64,000 nucleotides of DNA from Scyliorhinus canicula (Eukaryota): the NCBI RefSeq assembly GCF_902713615.1, contig NC_052158.1, positions 12,210,546-12,274,545 of the forward strand. Reading direction: 5' to 3'. Below, in pieces: positions 1-12,196 of the stretch. Numbering within the stretch: position 1 is the first letter of the stretch; each line of letters opens with the position of its first letter. The notes beneath the pieces are model-generated. The model saw only the letters and a list, made by a program, of their open reading frames with translations, searched no databases and had not been told where the DNA came from. Position numbers and translations under genes: made by a program.

Positions 1-537
1 CATGCGCCTATTATTTCCACAACTCTGCCACTCTTCCTGCATGCAGTGCAAGAATTATAGAGTTGTTATAATGGGGGGCACCACTTAAACAAATATAGAT
101 TGGAGCAGAAATAGTTTAAAGACAGATAAGGGCAACTGTTTCCAGCTAAGAGTATAAGAGTAGACAGTCTGGCCCTTCAAGCCGCCTCCTGCATTCAATA
201 AGATCATGACTGATCTAATTGTGGCTTAACTCTTCTTTCTTGCTTGAACAACCCACCACCTCCCCCACAAACAAAAACACCCCTATCCATCAAATATTTG
301 TCTACCTCAGCCTTGAATGTGTTCAACGACTCGGTCTCCACTGCTCCCTACGGTTGAGAACTCCAAAGACTAAGACTGTCCGAGAGAAGACATTCCTTCT
401 CATCACCATCTTAAACTGGTGACCCCTTATTTTTGAAACTGTATCCTAGGTTCTTATTTCCCCATGAAGGGAAACATCCTCTCAGTATCTACCTAGTGAA
501 GCCCCCTCAGAATCTGATTGGTGTCGCTAAGAAAAGA

Positions 538-915
538 GATGGTAGCATACCAGTTGTGTCACTGGGTTAGTAATCCTGAAGTCCAGGCTAATGTTCTGGT
601 GGCATGGGTTCAAATCCCACCACGGCAGTTGATGAACTTTAACATCAATTAATAAATCTGGAATAAAATGGAGACCGTAATAACGATCATTGATTGTTGT
701 ACAAACCCATCTGGTTAATAATGTCCTTTAGGGAACAAAAATCTGCTATTTGTACCTGGTCTGGCATACACATGCTTCCAGGTCCACAGCAATGTGGCTG
801 ATTCTTAACTGTTCTCTGAATTGGCTGAGTCAACCACTCAGCTTATGGGGAACTTGGATTCGGCAGCAAATGCCGGACTTGCTAGCGGCACACATATCCC
901 ATTAAAGAACTTTAA
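538..915 (+). mobile_element. tRNA-derived SINE with CR1-clade 3' tail (degenerate)
   Basis: B-box-like GGTTCAAATCCC head, core CTGGTT..AATGTCCTTTAGGGAA..CCTGGTCTGGC..CCACAGCAATGTGG; related copies at about 7998-8300 and 23215-23518. Confidence 0.6.
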
Positions 916-1602
916 AATATCACCTTCATTCTTCTAAACTCCAATGAGTAAAGTCACAACCTGCTCAATCTTTCCTCACAAGGCAAACCACTCATCTCAG
1001 ATATCAGCCCAGGGAAATATCTCTGAACAGCTTCCATGTGGAAATGTCTCCCTTTCTAGAGGGTGTTCAATTTTCCGTGCCAGTGTTATTCCAGCCCAAC
1101 GAGGAAGGAGGCATTTCTGGGCCTGGTTCTGTGGCATGAGGTGGCTCAAATGGGTCAAGGCTCAGTAAGGGTACAAGCAGGAGACAAGAATTAGGCTAGC
1201 TGTAGAAAAGGACAAGTGACAATCCAGAGTAAAAAATAAAGAACTGGGGGAGGGCCAGCTTCAATGGGGAAGGAATTGATCTGACCCAAATAAATTGAAA
1301 TCAAAGATTGTCAGGTAAAATTCTAACAAAACAATGGGCCGACTTTAAAGAGGAGGAATTTCAGGTGCAGTCAATGTATTTACTCCAATGGGCAAAGACA
1401 GGACAGACACATCAGAGGCCTCTGAATGACATGAACAAAATAATAAATACTTAGGAAATAGGAGCAAGAAGCCATTTGGCCCTCAGCCTGCTCAGCCACT
1501 CATTATGATCATCCAGCTCAATAGCCTGGTTGTGCTTTACCCCATATCCTATGATGCCCTTCATCCCAAGTGCTTTATCGAACTGCTTCTGGAAAATATA
1601 CA

Positions 1603-2825
1603 GGGCTTGATTCTTCATTCCTGTGACTAAGTTCCAGGTGCGCCATGATCTGGCAGATATGTTGTACTGTCTCCCTGCTCAGCTGGAGTCTTCGGCAGCA
1701 GGCCCGATCCAACAGATCCTCAAATTGCAGGCGCTGCTGTTACACACAAGGCCTCAAGTGTGCCTCCTTGGCACCGGCTCCTCTTCAGCTTGTTGGGTAG
1801 CCAGCTCTCCATCCTCAGTGGCTGGCTCCTGTTCCTCTGAGGCACGCTCTGCTGTAGCATGCTCTGCTGCTGCAGCTTCCTCGTTCTCAAGCAACCCAGC
1901 TCATAGAGTCGTATTGTATCCCCCAGGGTTACAGAGACAAACAGGAAGGCCACTATTGCTGATTGAATTCCAATGTTCGTTGTCTGCATGTGGTGAAAGG
2001 TCAACATGTTGGCATGGTGCATACCCCCGGTGCCCAACCAGGTCCAATGGGCTGCATTGTGTCCAGTTGCTACTGCGGGCTCTGCCCCAGCATGCCCCTC
2101 CCCATCTTCGCACTCTTCGTCCCACCGGTGCCTGGCCTCATGGGGGTCTCTGGCCTTGGTGCCCGTCCCTGATGCCAGGGGTACCATTGTGTACCTTAGG
2201 GGCTACAGCCCCTTGAGTGGGCTGTGTATTGCCTGCTAGTTGATGTTGGTCGGTTGGGTGGTTGCGGTGTGGTGGAACGTGGGGTGCGGGGCTGGTAGCT
2301 GGGGTGTGGACGTGAGAGAATCTATATGGCCGGTGTCACACTGCAGAACTAGGGGCCAAGGTGGGTGCACAGACCGTGCCACTGACAGTCAGTGGCTGGA
2401 ACCTCCCAGTCCAGTGGGGTGTCATCCCGACCACTTGACCCATTCCCAGTCACCCAACCTCAGCCAGCCCAGCCAGTGTCTGGCCCGGCAGTCAACAGGG
2501 TCCTACCTTCTATCTCTCCCTCACCAGCCATGATACCAGCTTCACAATTTTTAAAAGCAGAAGGGAACCATTCCATTGGGAATTTGGCCCATCAGAGGCG
2601 GAGAATCGGGGATGCTGCAGAGAATACCGAGTCAGGCCCGCTAATAATATGCAAACAGGGAGACGGTGTGACATATCTGCCAGCAAGCATTGGCGCTGCT
2701 GTTGAGGCGATGGAGAATTGTGATTTGGTGTCAAATCAGTGCCCGCTGTGATTTCAGCGTTAAAACCAATTCTCCGCCCAATCACATTTCCCGAGTTCAG
2801 CGGCGGCTGATGAAGAATCCCACCC
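1603..2825 (-). mobile_element. non-autonomous PIF/Harbinger DNA transposon (internal deletion derivative)
   Basis: Termini GGGCTTGATTCTTCA ... TGAAGAATCCCACCC (15-bp imperfect TIR), 3-bp TSD ACA (1600-1602 and 2826-2828); minus strand carries a broken HARBI1-like N-terminal peptide QRLQFEDLLDRACCRRLQLSRETVQHICQIMAHL. Confidence 0.8.
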
Positions 2826-2957
2826 ACAATGGTTTGACATCAATGGATTTCTGTGATCGCAAATTCCACAGGCCAACCACTGGGTCAAGAAATTTCTCCT
2901 CATCTCAGTCCTAAACGGTCGACCCCATATCCTCAGACTGCGAGCCCTGGGTTTGGA

Positions 2958-3792
2958 GGTGCTATGTCTTTTCGTCCGACGTCATTTCGTCCAACGACAC
3001 TTCGTCCACGTCTTTTTGTCCAACGTCTTTTTGTCCGCCCGTCTTTTGGTCCAACGTCACTTCGTCCAATTATCCAATTACAAATAGTTTAATTTAGTTT
3101 TTCAATGTTACTGCTCAAGGATCCTCTCCACCTTTTTCGCCTCTTGAAGTTGAGTTCTGCATTTGTGCTGCTTGATCTCCAGACATTATTAAGATAAGCT
3201 GCAGGATATTCACCCATGTATGCTCCAGCGTGATGAGAGCCATTGTATCTGATGGAATATTTGATCATTTCAGACCTGTAATGTCAGAAGCCACTGCCAA
3301 CCCTAATCACTCGACGAAAATCGAGTTTAAATCTGCTTCTTTCAGAACTGCACTCATTGTCTAAATCCAAATAGACTCCCACTTATATCTGTGTCTGTCG
3401 GAATTGTAGAATATCAAATCATCTTGTCCTCTCCCCATGATTCTCTCTCGGGTACAGTTCTGGAAATGTAACTTTTAGGGTATTTCGGGAATTTACCATT
3501 TACATCAATTTTAAGTAATTTCGGGAATTTTAAGTAATTAGTAAACTTTTAGATTTTTTAACTGCATTTTTAGATTTTTTAACTTTTTAACTGCATTTTT
3601 CAACTTGCATTTTACTTGCATTTTATCAATGACTTGCATTTTAGCAAGTAAATTAACGGAGTTAATTTGTAATTGGATAATTGGACGAAGTGACGTTGGA
3701 CCAAAAGACGGGCGGACAAAAAGACGTTGGACCAAAAGACGTGGACGAAGTGTCGTTGGACGAAGTGACGTCGGACGAAAAGACGCGACACG
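2958..3792. mobile_element. foldback/Mutator-like (MULE) non-autonomous element
   Basis: 128-bp TIRs (2958-3085 and 3665-3792) built of about seven 15-bp TCNTTTNGTCCAACG-type units; perfect 9-bp TSD GGGTTTGGA (2949-2957 and 3793-3801). Confidence 0.85.
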
Positions 3793-3845
3793 GGGTTTGG
3801 ACACCCAAATAATCGGAAACAGCCTTCTTGTATCTACCCTGTCTT

Positions 3846-5048
3846 AGAACAAAGAACAAAGACAATTACAGCACAGGAACAGGCCATTCGGCCCTCCCAG
3901 CCTGCGCCGATCCAGATCCTTTATCTAAACCTGTTGCCTATTTTCCAAGGATCTACTTCCCTCTGTTCCCCGCGCATTCATACATCTGTCCAGATGCATC
4001 TTAAATGATGCTATCGTGCCCGCCTCTACCACCTCCGCTGGCAAAGCATTCCAGGCACCCACCACCCTCTGCGTAAAAAACTTTCCACGCACATCTCCCT
4101 TAAACTTTCCCCCTCTCACCTTGAAATTGTGACCCCTTGTAATTGACACCCCCACTCTTGGAAAAAGCTTGTTGCTATCGACCCTGTCCATACCTCTCAT
4201 AATTTTGTAGACCTCAATCAGGTCCCCCCCTCCACCTCCGTCTTTCCAACGAAAACAATCCTAATCTACTCAACCTTTCTTCATAGCTAGCACCCTCCAT
4301 ACCAGGCAACATCCTGGTGAACCTCCTCTGCACCCTCTCTAAAGCATCCACATCCTTCTGGTAATGTGGCGACCAGAACTGCACACAGTATTCCAAATGT
4401 GGCCTAACCAAAGTCCTATACAACTGTAACATGACCTGCCTACTGTTGTACTCAATACCCCGCCCAATGAAGGCAAGCATGCTGTATGCCTTCTTGACCA
4501 CTCTTATCGACCTGTGTTGCCACCTTCAGGGTACAATGGACCTGAACTTCCAGATCTCTCTGTACATCAATTTTCCCCAGGACTCTTCCATTGACCATAT
4601 AGTCCGCTCTTGAATTAGATCTTCCGAAATGCATCACCTCGCATTTGCCTGGATTGAACTCCATCTGCCATTTCTCTGCCCAACTCACCAATCTATCTAT
4701 ATTTTGCTGTATTCTCTGATAGTCCTCCTCACTGTCTGCAACTCCACCATTCTTAGTATCATCTGCAAACTTGCTCATCAGACCACCTATACCTTCGTCC
4801 AGATCATTTATGTATAGCACAAACACGGTCCGAGCACGGATCCCTGTGGAACACCACTAATCACCTTTCTTAATTTTGATACACTCCCTTCCACCACTAC
4901 TCTGTGTCTCCTGTTGCCCAGCCAGTTCTTTATCCATCTAGCTAGTACACCCTGAACCCCATACGACTTCACTTTTTCCATCAACCTGCCATGGGAAACT
5001 TTATCAAATGCTTTCCATCAACCGGCCATGGGAAACTTTATCAAACGT
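3846..5048 (-). mobile_element. young 5'-truncated CR1 (HER1-like) LINE, RT C-terminal part plus 3' UTR
   Basis: ORFs 4452-4826 (YINDLD..SKFADDTK), 4214-4501 (LYRTLVRPHLEYCVQFWSP) and 3925-4200 (FFTQRVVGAWNALP), frameshifted; (TTGTTCT)n-type tail. Confidence 0.93.
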
Positions 5049-5249
5049 CTTGTACTGTTTAAATTTTATAGGTTTCTATGAGATCCCCACATTCTTCAGA
5101 ACTCCAGTGAATACAATTGTAACTAATTAAATCTCTCCTCAGATGTTCAGTCCTGCCACCCCAGGGATCAATCTGGTAAACTTTCTGTGCACTGCCTCGA
5201 AAGCAAGAAAATCCTTCCTCACAGAATGAGACCAAAACTGCAAACTAAA

Positions 5250-5870
5250 GATAAGATGGGCATACGGGATACTTGCTTTTATTAGCAGACGCATAGAATA
5301 TTAGATCAGGGAGATTAGTATGGAGCTGTATAAAACACTTGTTAAACCACAGCTAAAGTATTGTGTGCGATTCTGGTCGACACACTAAAGGAAGGTTGTG
5401 ATGGCACTGAAAAGGGTGCACAGGAGAGTCACCAGGATGTTGCCAAGGGTGGAAACTTTCAGCAATGAGGGAAGCTGCTAAGACTACAGTTGTATTCCTT
5501 AGAACAGAGAAAGCTGGAAGAGGGACCTGATTGTAGTTTTCAAAATCATGAGAGACATGGGGTAGATTGGAAGGTACTTTTCCTCTTAGTAGCGGGGTCA
5601 AAAACCAGGAGTCATAGATTTAAGGTAAGGGGCAGGAGATTCAATAGGGTTTTGATGAAAACCTTTTTCACCCAGAGGGTGGTGGGAATCTGGAGCGCAA
5701 GGGTGGTAGACACACACAACCTCACAATATTTCTGAAGCATTTAGAGTACTTGAAATGCCTCAGCAGACAAGACTACGGACCACACCCTGAAAATGGGTT
5801 TCCAATTGATATGTGCTTGATAGCCAGTGCAGACACAATGAGCTGATGGGCCTCTTTTTGTGATGGAAAG
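5250..5870 (+). mobile_element. degenerate CR1 LINE 3' fragment
   Basis: ORF 5490-5846 with RSHRFKVRGRRF..FFTQRVVGIW motif. Confidence 0.8.
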
Positions 5871-6613
5871 CTCTAAATTTTAAGCCAAATGAACAACTGG
5901 GTGGAGCAAATAGTACGAGAAGAGATTGTCAGCTAACAAAAAGGAATTGTCAACGAACCAAAGTCTTCTGTGGGCAGGTGAATTGTAAGAGGTTGGTAAA
6001 AGGAGGATTGGGTTCTAGTAGGGATCTAAACAGGACTTTACCTTCAGAGAAGTGGGGGGGGGTTTGTCTGAGATATGCAATTAGTAGTTTGTATTTACTC
6101 AGGAAGAAAATGATGCCCAAAGTCCTAATGAAAGGGTAAGCATTCGAGAAACTGGCTAGGCTGAAAATGATCAAGAGGAAGGATTAGCTAGACTGGAGGC
6201 ACTTAAATTGCATATGCAATTATGAGCGAATGTGATGCATCCAAATATGTTCTGGGAAGTTAGGGAGGTAAGATACTGAGCGCAGGCCAATCCACCTTAG
6301 ACAGGGGTGGTGCGGTGCTCTGGAGAACACTAAATGATTTGCCCTTGTAAATCAAATGGTGAAAAGATCAACCCAGCAACTACGGCCCGTCGGTTTAACC
6401 AGCAATTTTGGTGTCACATCCTGAGATTGGTGCTCAATTCTTCTGGTTATACAGACACTGTCATTGATTTGACACAAGGTGCTGATGGCTTCAGACACTT
6501 CCCCAGAATACCCACATGGAAGCAGAACACGGGGATGGAGAGCAGCATAGAAATGAATGGCTAACAATGTGATAATTTCATCGTGGGTATGCGAGAGCAC
6601 TTAGGCTCTTTCC

Positions 6614-6795
6614 CTGTTTAGCACAGGGCTAAATTGCTGGCTTTGAAAGCAGACCATGGCAAGCCAGCAGCACTATTCAATTCCCGTAACAGCCTCCCCG
6701 AACAGGCGCCGGAATGTGGCAACTAGGGGCTTTTCACAGTAACTTCATTTGAAGCCTACTTGTGACAAGCGATTTTCATTCATTCTTTCATTCAT
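6614..6795 (+). mobile_element. short tRNA-derived SINE with (TTTCA)n tail
   Basis: GTTTAGCACAGGGCTAAAT..CAGCCTCCCCGAACAGGCGCCGGAATGTGGC..GCGATTTTCATT; same family at 12038-12196, 34093-34270, 38749-38914, 50946-51126. Confidence 0.75.
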
Positions 6796-6827
6796 CTGCA
6801 TTTGTACATTAGAGAAATTAATTTTAC

Positions 6828-6943
6828 CGGGATTGATAGCGTCTCTCATTTCTCTCCACACTATGTACTGCAAAGGGCCTTTGAACTTTCCCATAAACAG
6901 ACTGGAATTTGTCGTTGACAAAAGCTGACCATCTTCGCTCACC
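6828..6943 (-). CDS. TRIM-A coding exon 5 (116 nt, linker preceding PRY/SPRY)
   Basis: cag|G GTG AGC GAA..AAT CCC G|gtaaaa; peptide VSEDGQLLSTTNSSLFMGKFKGPLQYIVWREMRDAINP, homologous to TRIM-C exon 5. Confidence 0.9.
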
Positions 6944-7044
6944 CTGGGAAGATTAAACAAATGATTGTGTAAATTGACCATAAGTGCTTCTCTGAATTAT
7001 TGAAAAAACAATTTTGGTGTGCTTCAATAAAGACCAGGTCCTAC

Positions 7045-7067
7045 CTTTTCGTCAGGCGAGTTTCCTG
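7045..7067 (-). CDS. TRIM-A coding exon 4 (23 nt)
   Basis: tttatttcag|CAG GAA ACT CGC CTG ACG AAA AG|gtag; same size and phase as the 23-nt exons of TRIM-B and TRIM-C. Confidence 0.82.
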
Positions 7068-8719
7068 CTGAAATAAATAAATCAGAAATCTTAGTTGACA
7101 CGAATTGGCCGACATTAGGATAACAGAAATTGCAGTCCAATTGTTTAGGATTTATCATTGTAGCGAATTGATTTTTAACATTTTATTAAGGCATTTATGG
7201 TTTTATAATAACAAAAGATACAAGTGCAGATATAAACACAACCATCGCACAGTTCTCACCTAAGCTGGACCGACATAGTAATGAAACGATTTCTGACTAC
7301 TGCAGACACCAGACAGAAGAAATATAGAACCGGTTTTCACGTTATACATCAAGCAATTTAATTTATGTTTAAAATACATAATTGACACGTTTGCCCAAAA
7401 TTTGACATTGTGAAAAAACATAGAGAAGCAACGTAAACTAGTTTTAGGCGTACTGGAAGTAGGAAGCAAGATAACAGGGTGAAGTTTAGAGGGAGGGGGG
7501 GGGGAGGGGGGGGAAAGGGGGGGCCTACAGTAGTCACACAGGCCAAATGAATGAAGCACTAAAAAAAACCAAAAGGGTTTTTAACATGTACAGAGTACAA
7601 AAGAAAATAATTTAATTGAAACCTACAAATCTTGGATTCTGCCTGAGCTGGAGTGTCGTGTCCAATCTGCACAATCTGTTTAATGAGATTTTACATAATG
7701 CACAAAATAAATTGACTGAAAGCGCCACAGAAGCAAATTTACTGTCAATTTTTAAACGAGGTTTGTTTGTAACATCGTTTATTACCTTTCTCATCGCTCA
7801 CCTGCAACCTCTTCCAGCCCTACAAATGTCAGTCATTGAGCATGTTAAAGCCAGAAATTGCTAGATTTATAGATAGCAAAGGCAACATGGGGTATTGGGC
7901 TAGTGTGGGAAAATGACATTGAGGTAGCACGTCAGCCTTGATCAACTTGAATGGTGGAGCAGGCTCCAGTGGCCGAATGGCCTACTTAAGCCTCTGTTGT
8001 CACTGGACTAGTAATCCAGAGACCCTGGTTCGAATCCCAGATGGTGAAATTTGAATTCAATAAAAAGAAACTGGAATAAAAAAATCTACTGATCACCTAA
8101 AACTATTGTAGATGGTTTGCAGATAAAATATCTGGTTCACTAACGTCCTGAGGGAGGGAAATCTGTCGTCCTCACCTGGTTTGGCCTACATGTGACTCCA
8201 GATCCACAGCAATATGGTTGATACTTAAATACCATCAGGGATGGGTAATAAACACTGGCCCAGCCAATGATACTCACATCCCATTAAAGAACAAAAAAAA
8301 ACATACCGTACTGTGATTCGATGTTCAGACATTTCTATAGATATCAAATTTATTCACTTGTGAAACAACAATTTTCAGCACCCCACCATTGGCAGCCTAA
8401 TAGCGGCTTCCTGGGCTCCCAACTTCCCCTTAAATTAAATATTGGGAAGACTGAAGATATTGACTTCAGTCCCCAACAAAATTTGTTCCTTCATCACTGC
8501 TTTCATTCCTCTCTCTGGCACAAGGCTAAGGCTGAACCACAACTACTTGAAATTTTACTTTCATAGTTGATCCCGAATCCGCTTTCAACCTCATGTCTGT
8601 CCTTTCATTAAGACCATGTAGTTCCAGGCCCCCCCCCCCCCCCAACATTGCCCAACTCTTTTCCTGCCTTAGCTCTTCTGCTGCTGAAATTCTCTTTGAT
8701 GGCTTTACTACCTCTAGAT

Positions 8720-11700
8720 GGATTAGTTAAGGGCGAGGATTGACACATGGAATTGTAACATAGTAGCCATTTTGGAGACTTGGTCGAGGGAGGGGCAGGG
8801 TTGGCAGCTCAACATCCTGGGATATAGAATCTTCATGTGAGTCAGAGGAGGGGGTAAAAAAGGAGGAAGCATTGCATTATTAGTTGAGCTGTCAGTTACT
8901 GCGGTAAGGAGAGATGAAATCTTGGAGGAGGCATCAAATGAAGCTTTGTGCATAGAGCTTAGGAATAAAAAAAGAGACAGCCACATTGTTAGTTGGTTGT
9001 TATAGACCCCCATAGTCAGCGGCAAATTGAGGAGCAAATATGTACGTACTTCGCAGAGGTGTGCAAAAGTAATAAGATTAGGTGATTTTAACTTTCCCAA
9101 AATTAATTGGGATAGTCACTATGGAACTATAGATGGAGCGGAGTTCTAAAATGTTACAGGAGACCTTTTAGTGCAATATGTGGAGAACCCAACTAGGAAT
9201 GGTGCAGTTCTGTACATAATTTAGGGGAATGAAGCTGGGCAAGTGGTTGATGTGTTGTGGGGGAGAATTTTAATAATAGCGACCACAGCATGGTACAATT
9301 TAAGTTTGTTATGGACTAAGAAGTGGGCAAGTTGCAAAGAAATGTTTTGGATTGGGCGAGAGCAGATTTTAGTAAAATAAGGGAGGATCTGGCCATGGTA
9401 GACTGGAAAGAGTTACTTGTAGATGAATCTATGGAAGAGCAATGGGAGGCCTTCAAAAATGAAATGGGGAGGTACAGGCCCAATGTGTTCCCTCGAGGGT
9501 GACAGGGTAACAAGCCCAGAAAACCATGGATGAAAAGAAAAGGAAAGGCTTTTAGCAAGTGCAATAGGAGTAAATCAATGGAGGCATTAGAAGAGGTGGA
9601 GCCAGAGGATGTTAATAGGGTGTTGCACAAATACCTGTCTTCAGCCAAGATAAGGTGGAGATATACAACTTGGGGAGAGTGACTGTGAGGTTCTTGAGCA
9701 ATTTGTCATCGGGAGTGACAAAACACTGGAGGTGCTGGCATGCTTAAAAGTGGACAAATCTCCAGGTCTAGATGAATTGTGTTCCAGCATGCTGTGGAAA
9801 GCGAGGGAGGAGATTGCAGGGGCTCTGGTCCAAATTTTTAGTTCCTGTATGGCCACAAGGGAGGTGGGGCAGAAGACTGGAAACAGCTAATTTTGTCCCA
9901 CTATTTAAGAAAGGTTGTAGAGATAAGCCAGGGAACTACAAATGAGTGAGCCTGGTAGGGAAAATATTGGAGAAAAATTCTGAAGGCGAGAATCTATCTC
10001 CATTTGGTTTAATCAGGAATAGTTAGCATGGCTTGTCATTGGCAAATCATGCTTTACAAATTTGATTCATTTTTTCCGCATGTGACCAGTTGTGTAGAGA
10101 AGGGCTGATGTAGTTTACATGGATTTCAGCAAAGCCTCTGATAAGGTCCCACATGGGAAACTTATAAAGAAGGCAAATGCACATGGGATACAGCGTAATT
10201 TGATAAGTTGAATTCAGAATTGGCTTAGCTGTGGGAGAGAAAGGTTGCTTTAATGACTGGAAGCCAGGGTCCAGTGGTGTACCACAGGGGTCTGTATTGA
10301 GCCCCCTATTGTTTGTCATTTATATAAACGACATTGATGATTGTGTGGAGCATAGGATCAGTAAGTTTGCAGATAACGCAAAGATTGGCCGGGTGGTTAA
10401 TAGTGAGGTTGAGTGTCTTGGGTTACAGGAAGATATAAGCGGGATGGTCAAATGGACAGAAAAGTGGCAGATGAAATTTAACCCTGAAAAGTGAGCGGTG
10501 ATAAACATTGGAAGGAGTAATGTGACAAGGAAGTATTCAATGAATGGCCTGACTCTGGGAATATCCAAGGAACAAAGGAACCTTGGCATGTTTTTCCATA
10601 GATCTCTGAAGGTAGAAAGGCAAGTTAATAGGGTGGTGAAAAAGGCACAGTGGCACAGTGGTTAGCATTGCTGCCTCACAGCATCGGGACCGGGGTTCTA
10701 TTCCAGCCGTGAGTGGCTGTCTGTGTGGAGTTTTCACATTCTCCTTGTGTCTGTGTGGGTTTCCTCTGGGTGCTTTGGTTTCCTACTATTGTCCAAAGGT
10801 GTGCAGGCTAGGTGGTTTGGCCATTCTAACTTGCCGCTTTCCTCCAGGGTTTCCTCCTACAGTCCAAAGATATGCAGGTCAGGTGGATTGGCCATGTTAA
10901 ATTGACCTTACTGTCCAAAAAAGTTTAGGTGGGGTTACTGGGTTATGGGAATAGGGTGGAGGTATGGGCTTAATTAATGTGTCCTTTCCAAGAGCCGGTG
11001 CAAACTCGATGGGCTGAATGGCCTCCTTCTGCATTGTAAAATCTATAATTCTATGATTCTATGAAGAGGTAAAGTGGTGTTATGGGGATGGGGTGGGGGC
11101 ATGGGCCTAGGTAGGGTGCCCTTCACAATGGTCGGTGCAGACTCAGTGGGCTGAATGGCCTTCTTCTACACTCTAGGCATTCTATGATTCTATTCTATGA
11201 TTCTATACGGGACCCTTGTTTTCATCAATCGAGGCATAGATTACAAAAGCAGGGAGATCATGTTGGAGTTGTATAGTAGTTTGATTCACATCTGGAGTAC
11301 TGTGTACAATTCTGGTCACGACTTTATAAGAAGGATATGATTGCACTGGAGGGGATGCAGAATAGATTCACCAGGATGTTTCCTGGAATGGAACATTTAA
11401 GTTATGAAGAGAGGTTGGATAGACTTGGGTTGGTTGTACTGGAGCAGAGAAGACTGAGGGGCAACCTGACCGAGGTGTACAAGATTATGAGGGACATGGA
11501 CAGGGTGGATATGGAGTAGCTGTTCCCTTTAGTTAAAGGGTCAATTACGAGGGGCACAAGTGCAAGGTGAGGGGCAGGGGGTTTAGGGGGAATTAGAGGA
11601 AACACCTTTTTACCCAGAGGGTGGTGATGGTCTGGAATGCACTGCCTGGGAGGGTGGTAGAGGCGGGTTGCCTCACATCCTTTAAAATGTACCTGAATGA

Positions 11701-11830
11701 GAATTTGGCATGTCATAATATTCATATCTATGGGCCAACTGCTGACAAATGGGATTAGGTCGGCAGGTCAAATGTTTTTCATGTATCGGTGCAGACTCGA
11801 TGGGCCGAAGCGGCTTTTCTGCACTGCACT
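8720..11830 (+). mobile_element. long degenerate CR1 LINE (endonuclease to 3' end), interrupted by SINEs at about 10646-11205
   Basis: GVPQGSVLSPLLFVIYINDID..SKFADN (10231-10494), MEHLSYEERLDRLGL (11337-11519), GDFNFP-type endonuclease remnant near 9080, CR1 3' UTR near 11780-11830. Confidence 0.88.
10646..11205 (+). mobile_element. V-SINE (HE1-like) copies, partly duplicated
   Basis: GGCACAGTGGTTAGCATTGCTGCCTCACAG head, V-domain TGTGTGGAGTTT..GGGTTTCCTC..CAGTCCAAAG, (TTCTATGA)n tail. Confidence 0.8.
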
Positions 11831-12037
11831 ATTCTGTGATTCTGTGATTGATCTGACTCTAATGTCCTCCTGGCTATTCTCACATATTCTGTCCTGGATG
11901 AACTAGACGTCACCGAAACTCTGATGTTATTTCCTAATCCGAAACAAATCCTGTTCACCCACCTCTCAGCGCTGACTTGCACTGGATTTGCGGAAGTATT
12001 TGCAGGTTAGGTGAATTGGCGATGAAAAATACTCCTT

Positions 12038-12196
12038 AATGAAAATCGCTTATTGTCACGAGTAGGCTTCAATAAATACTGTGAAAAGCCCCTAGTCGCC
12101 ATATTCCGGCGCCTGTCCGGGGATCGAACCGTGCTGCTGGTCTGCTTGGTCTGCTTTAAAAGCCAGCGATTTAGCCCAGTGAGCTAAACTGGCCCC
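12038..12196 (-). mobile_element. short tRNA-derived SINE
   Basis: Reverse complement of the 6614-6795 family. Confidence 0.75.

Larger units (their letters stand above)
1450..5250 (-). mobile_element. old CR1 LINE 3' fragment split by three nested insertions
   Basis: Segments about 1450-1602, 2829-2957, 3802-3845 and 5050-5250 rejoin into a continuous reverse-complement CR1 3' region across the insertion TSDs. Confidence 0.65.

Noticed and set aside
1623-2216. 197-aa Ser/Ala-rich + strand ORF
   Set aside because: Antisense reading of the GC-rich Harbinger remnant.
2966-3070. CRISPR-like short repeat array
   Set aside because: Contiguous 15-bp tandem units with no spacers, eukaryotic context, mirrored as a TIR.
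2853-3804. Two ORFs on opposite strands sharing the peptide SFRPTS..RPTTLRPRL..VQRLFVRPSFGPTSLRPIIQLQI
   Set aside because: Translation of the two TIR arms of the MULE-like element, not duplicated genes.
6334-6600. Candidate terminal exon of TRIM-A just after exon 5
   Set aside because: No LDP, WEV or LDYE motifs in the listed ORFs; flanked by decayed CR1 and SINE sequence.
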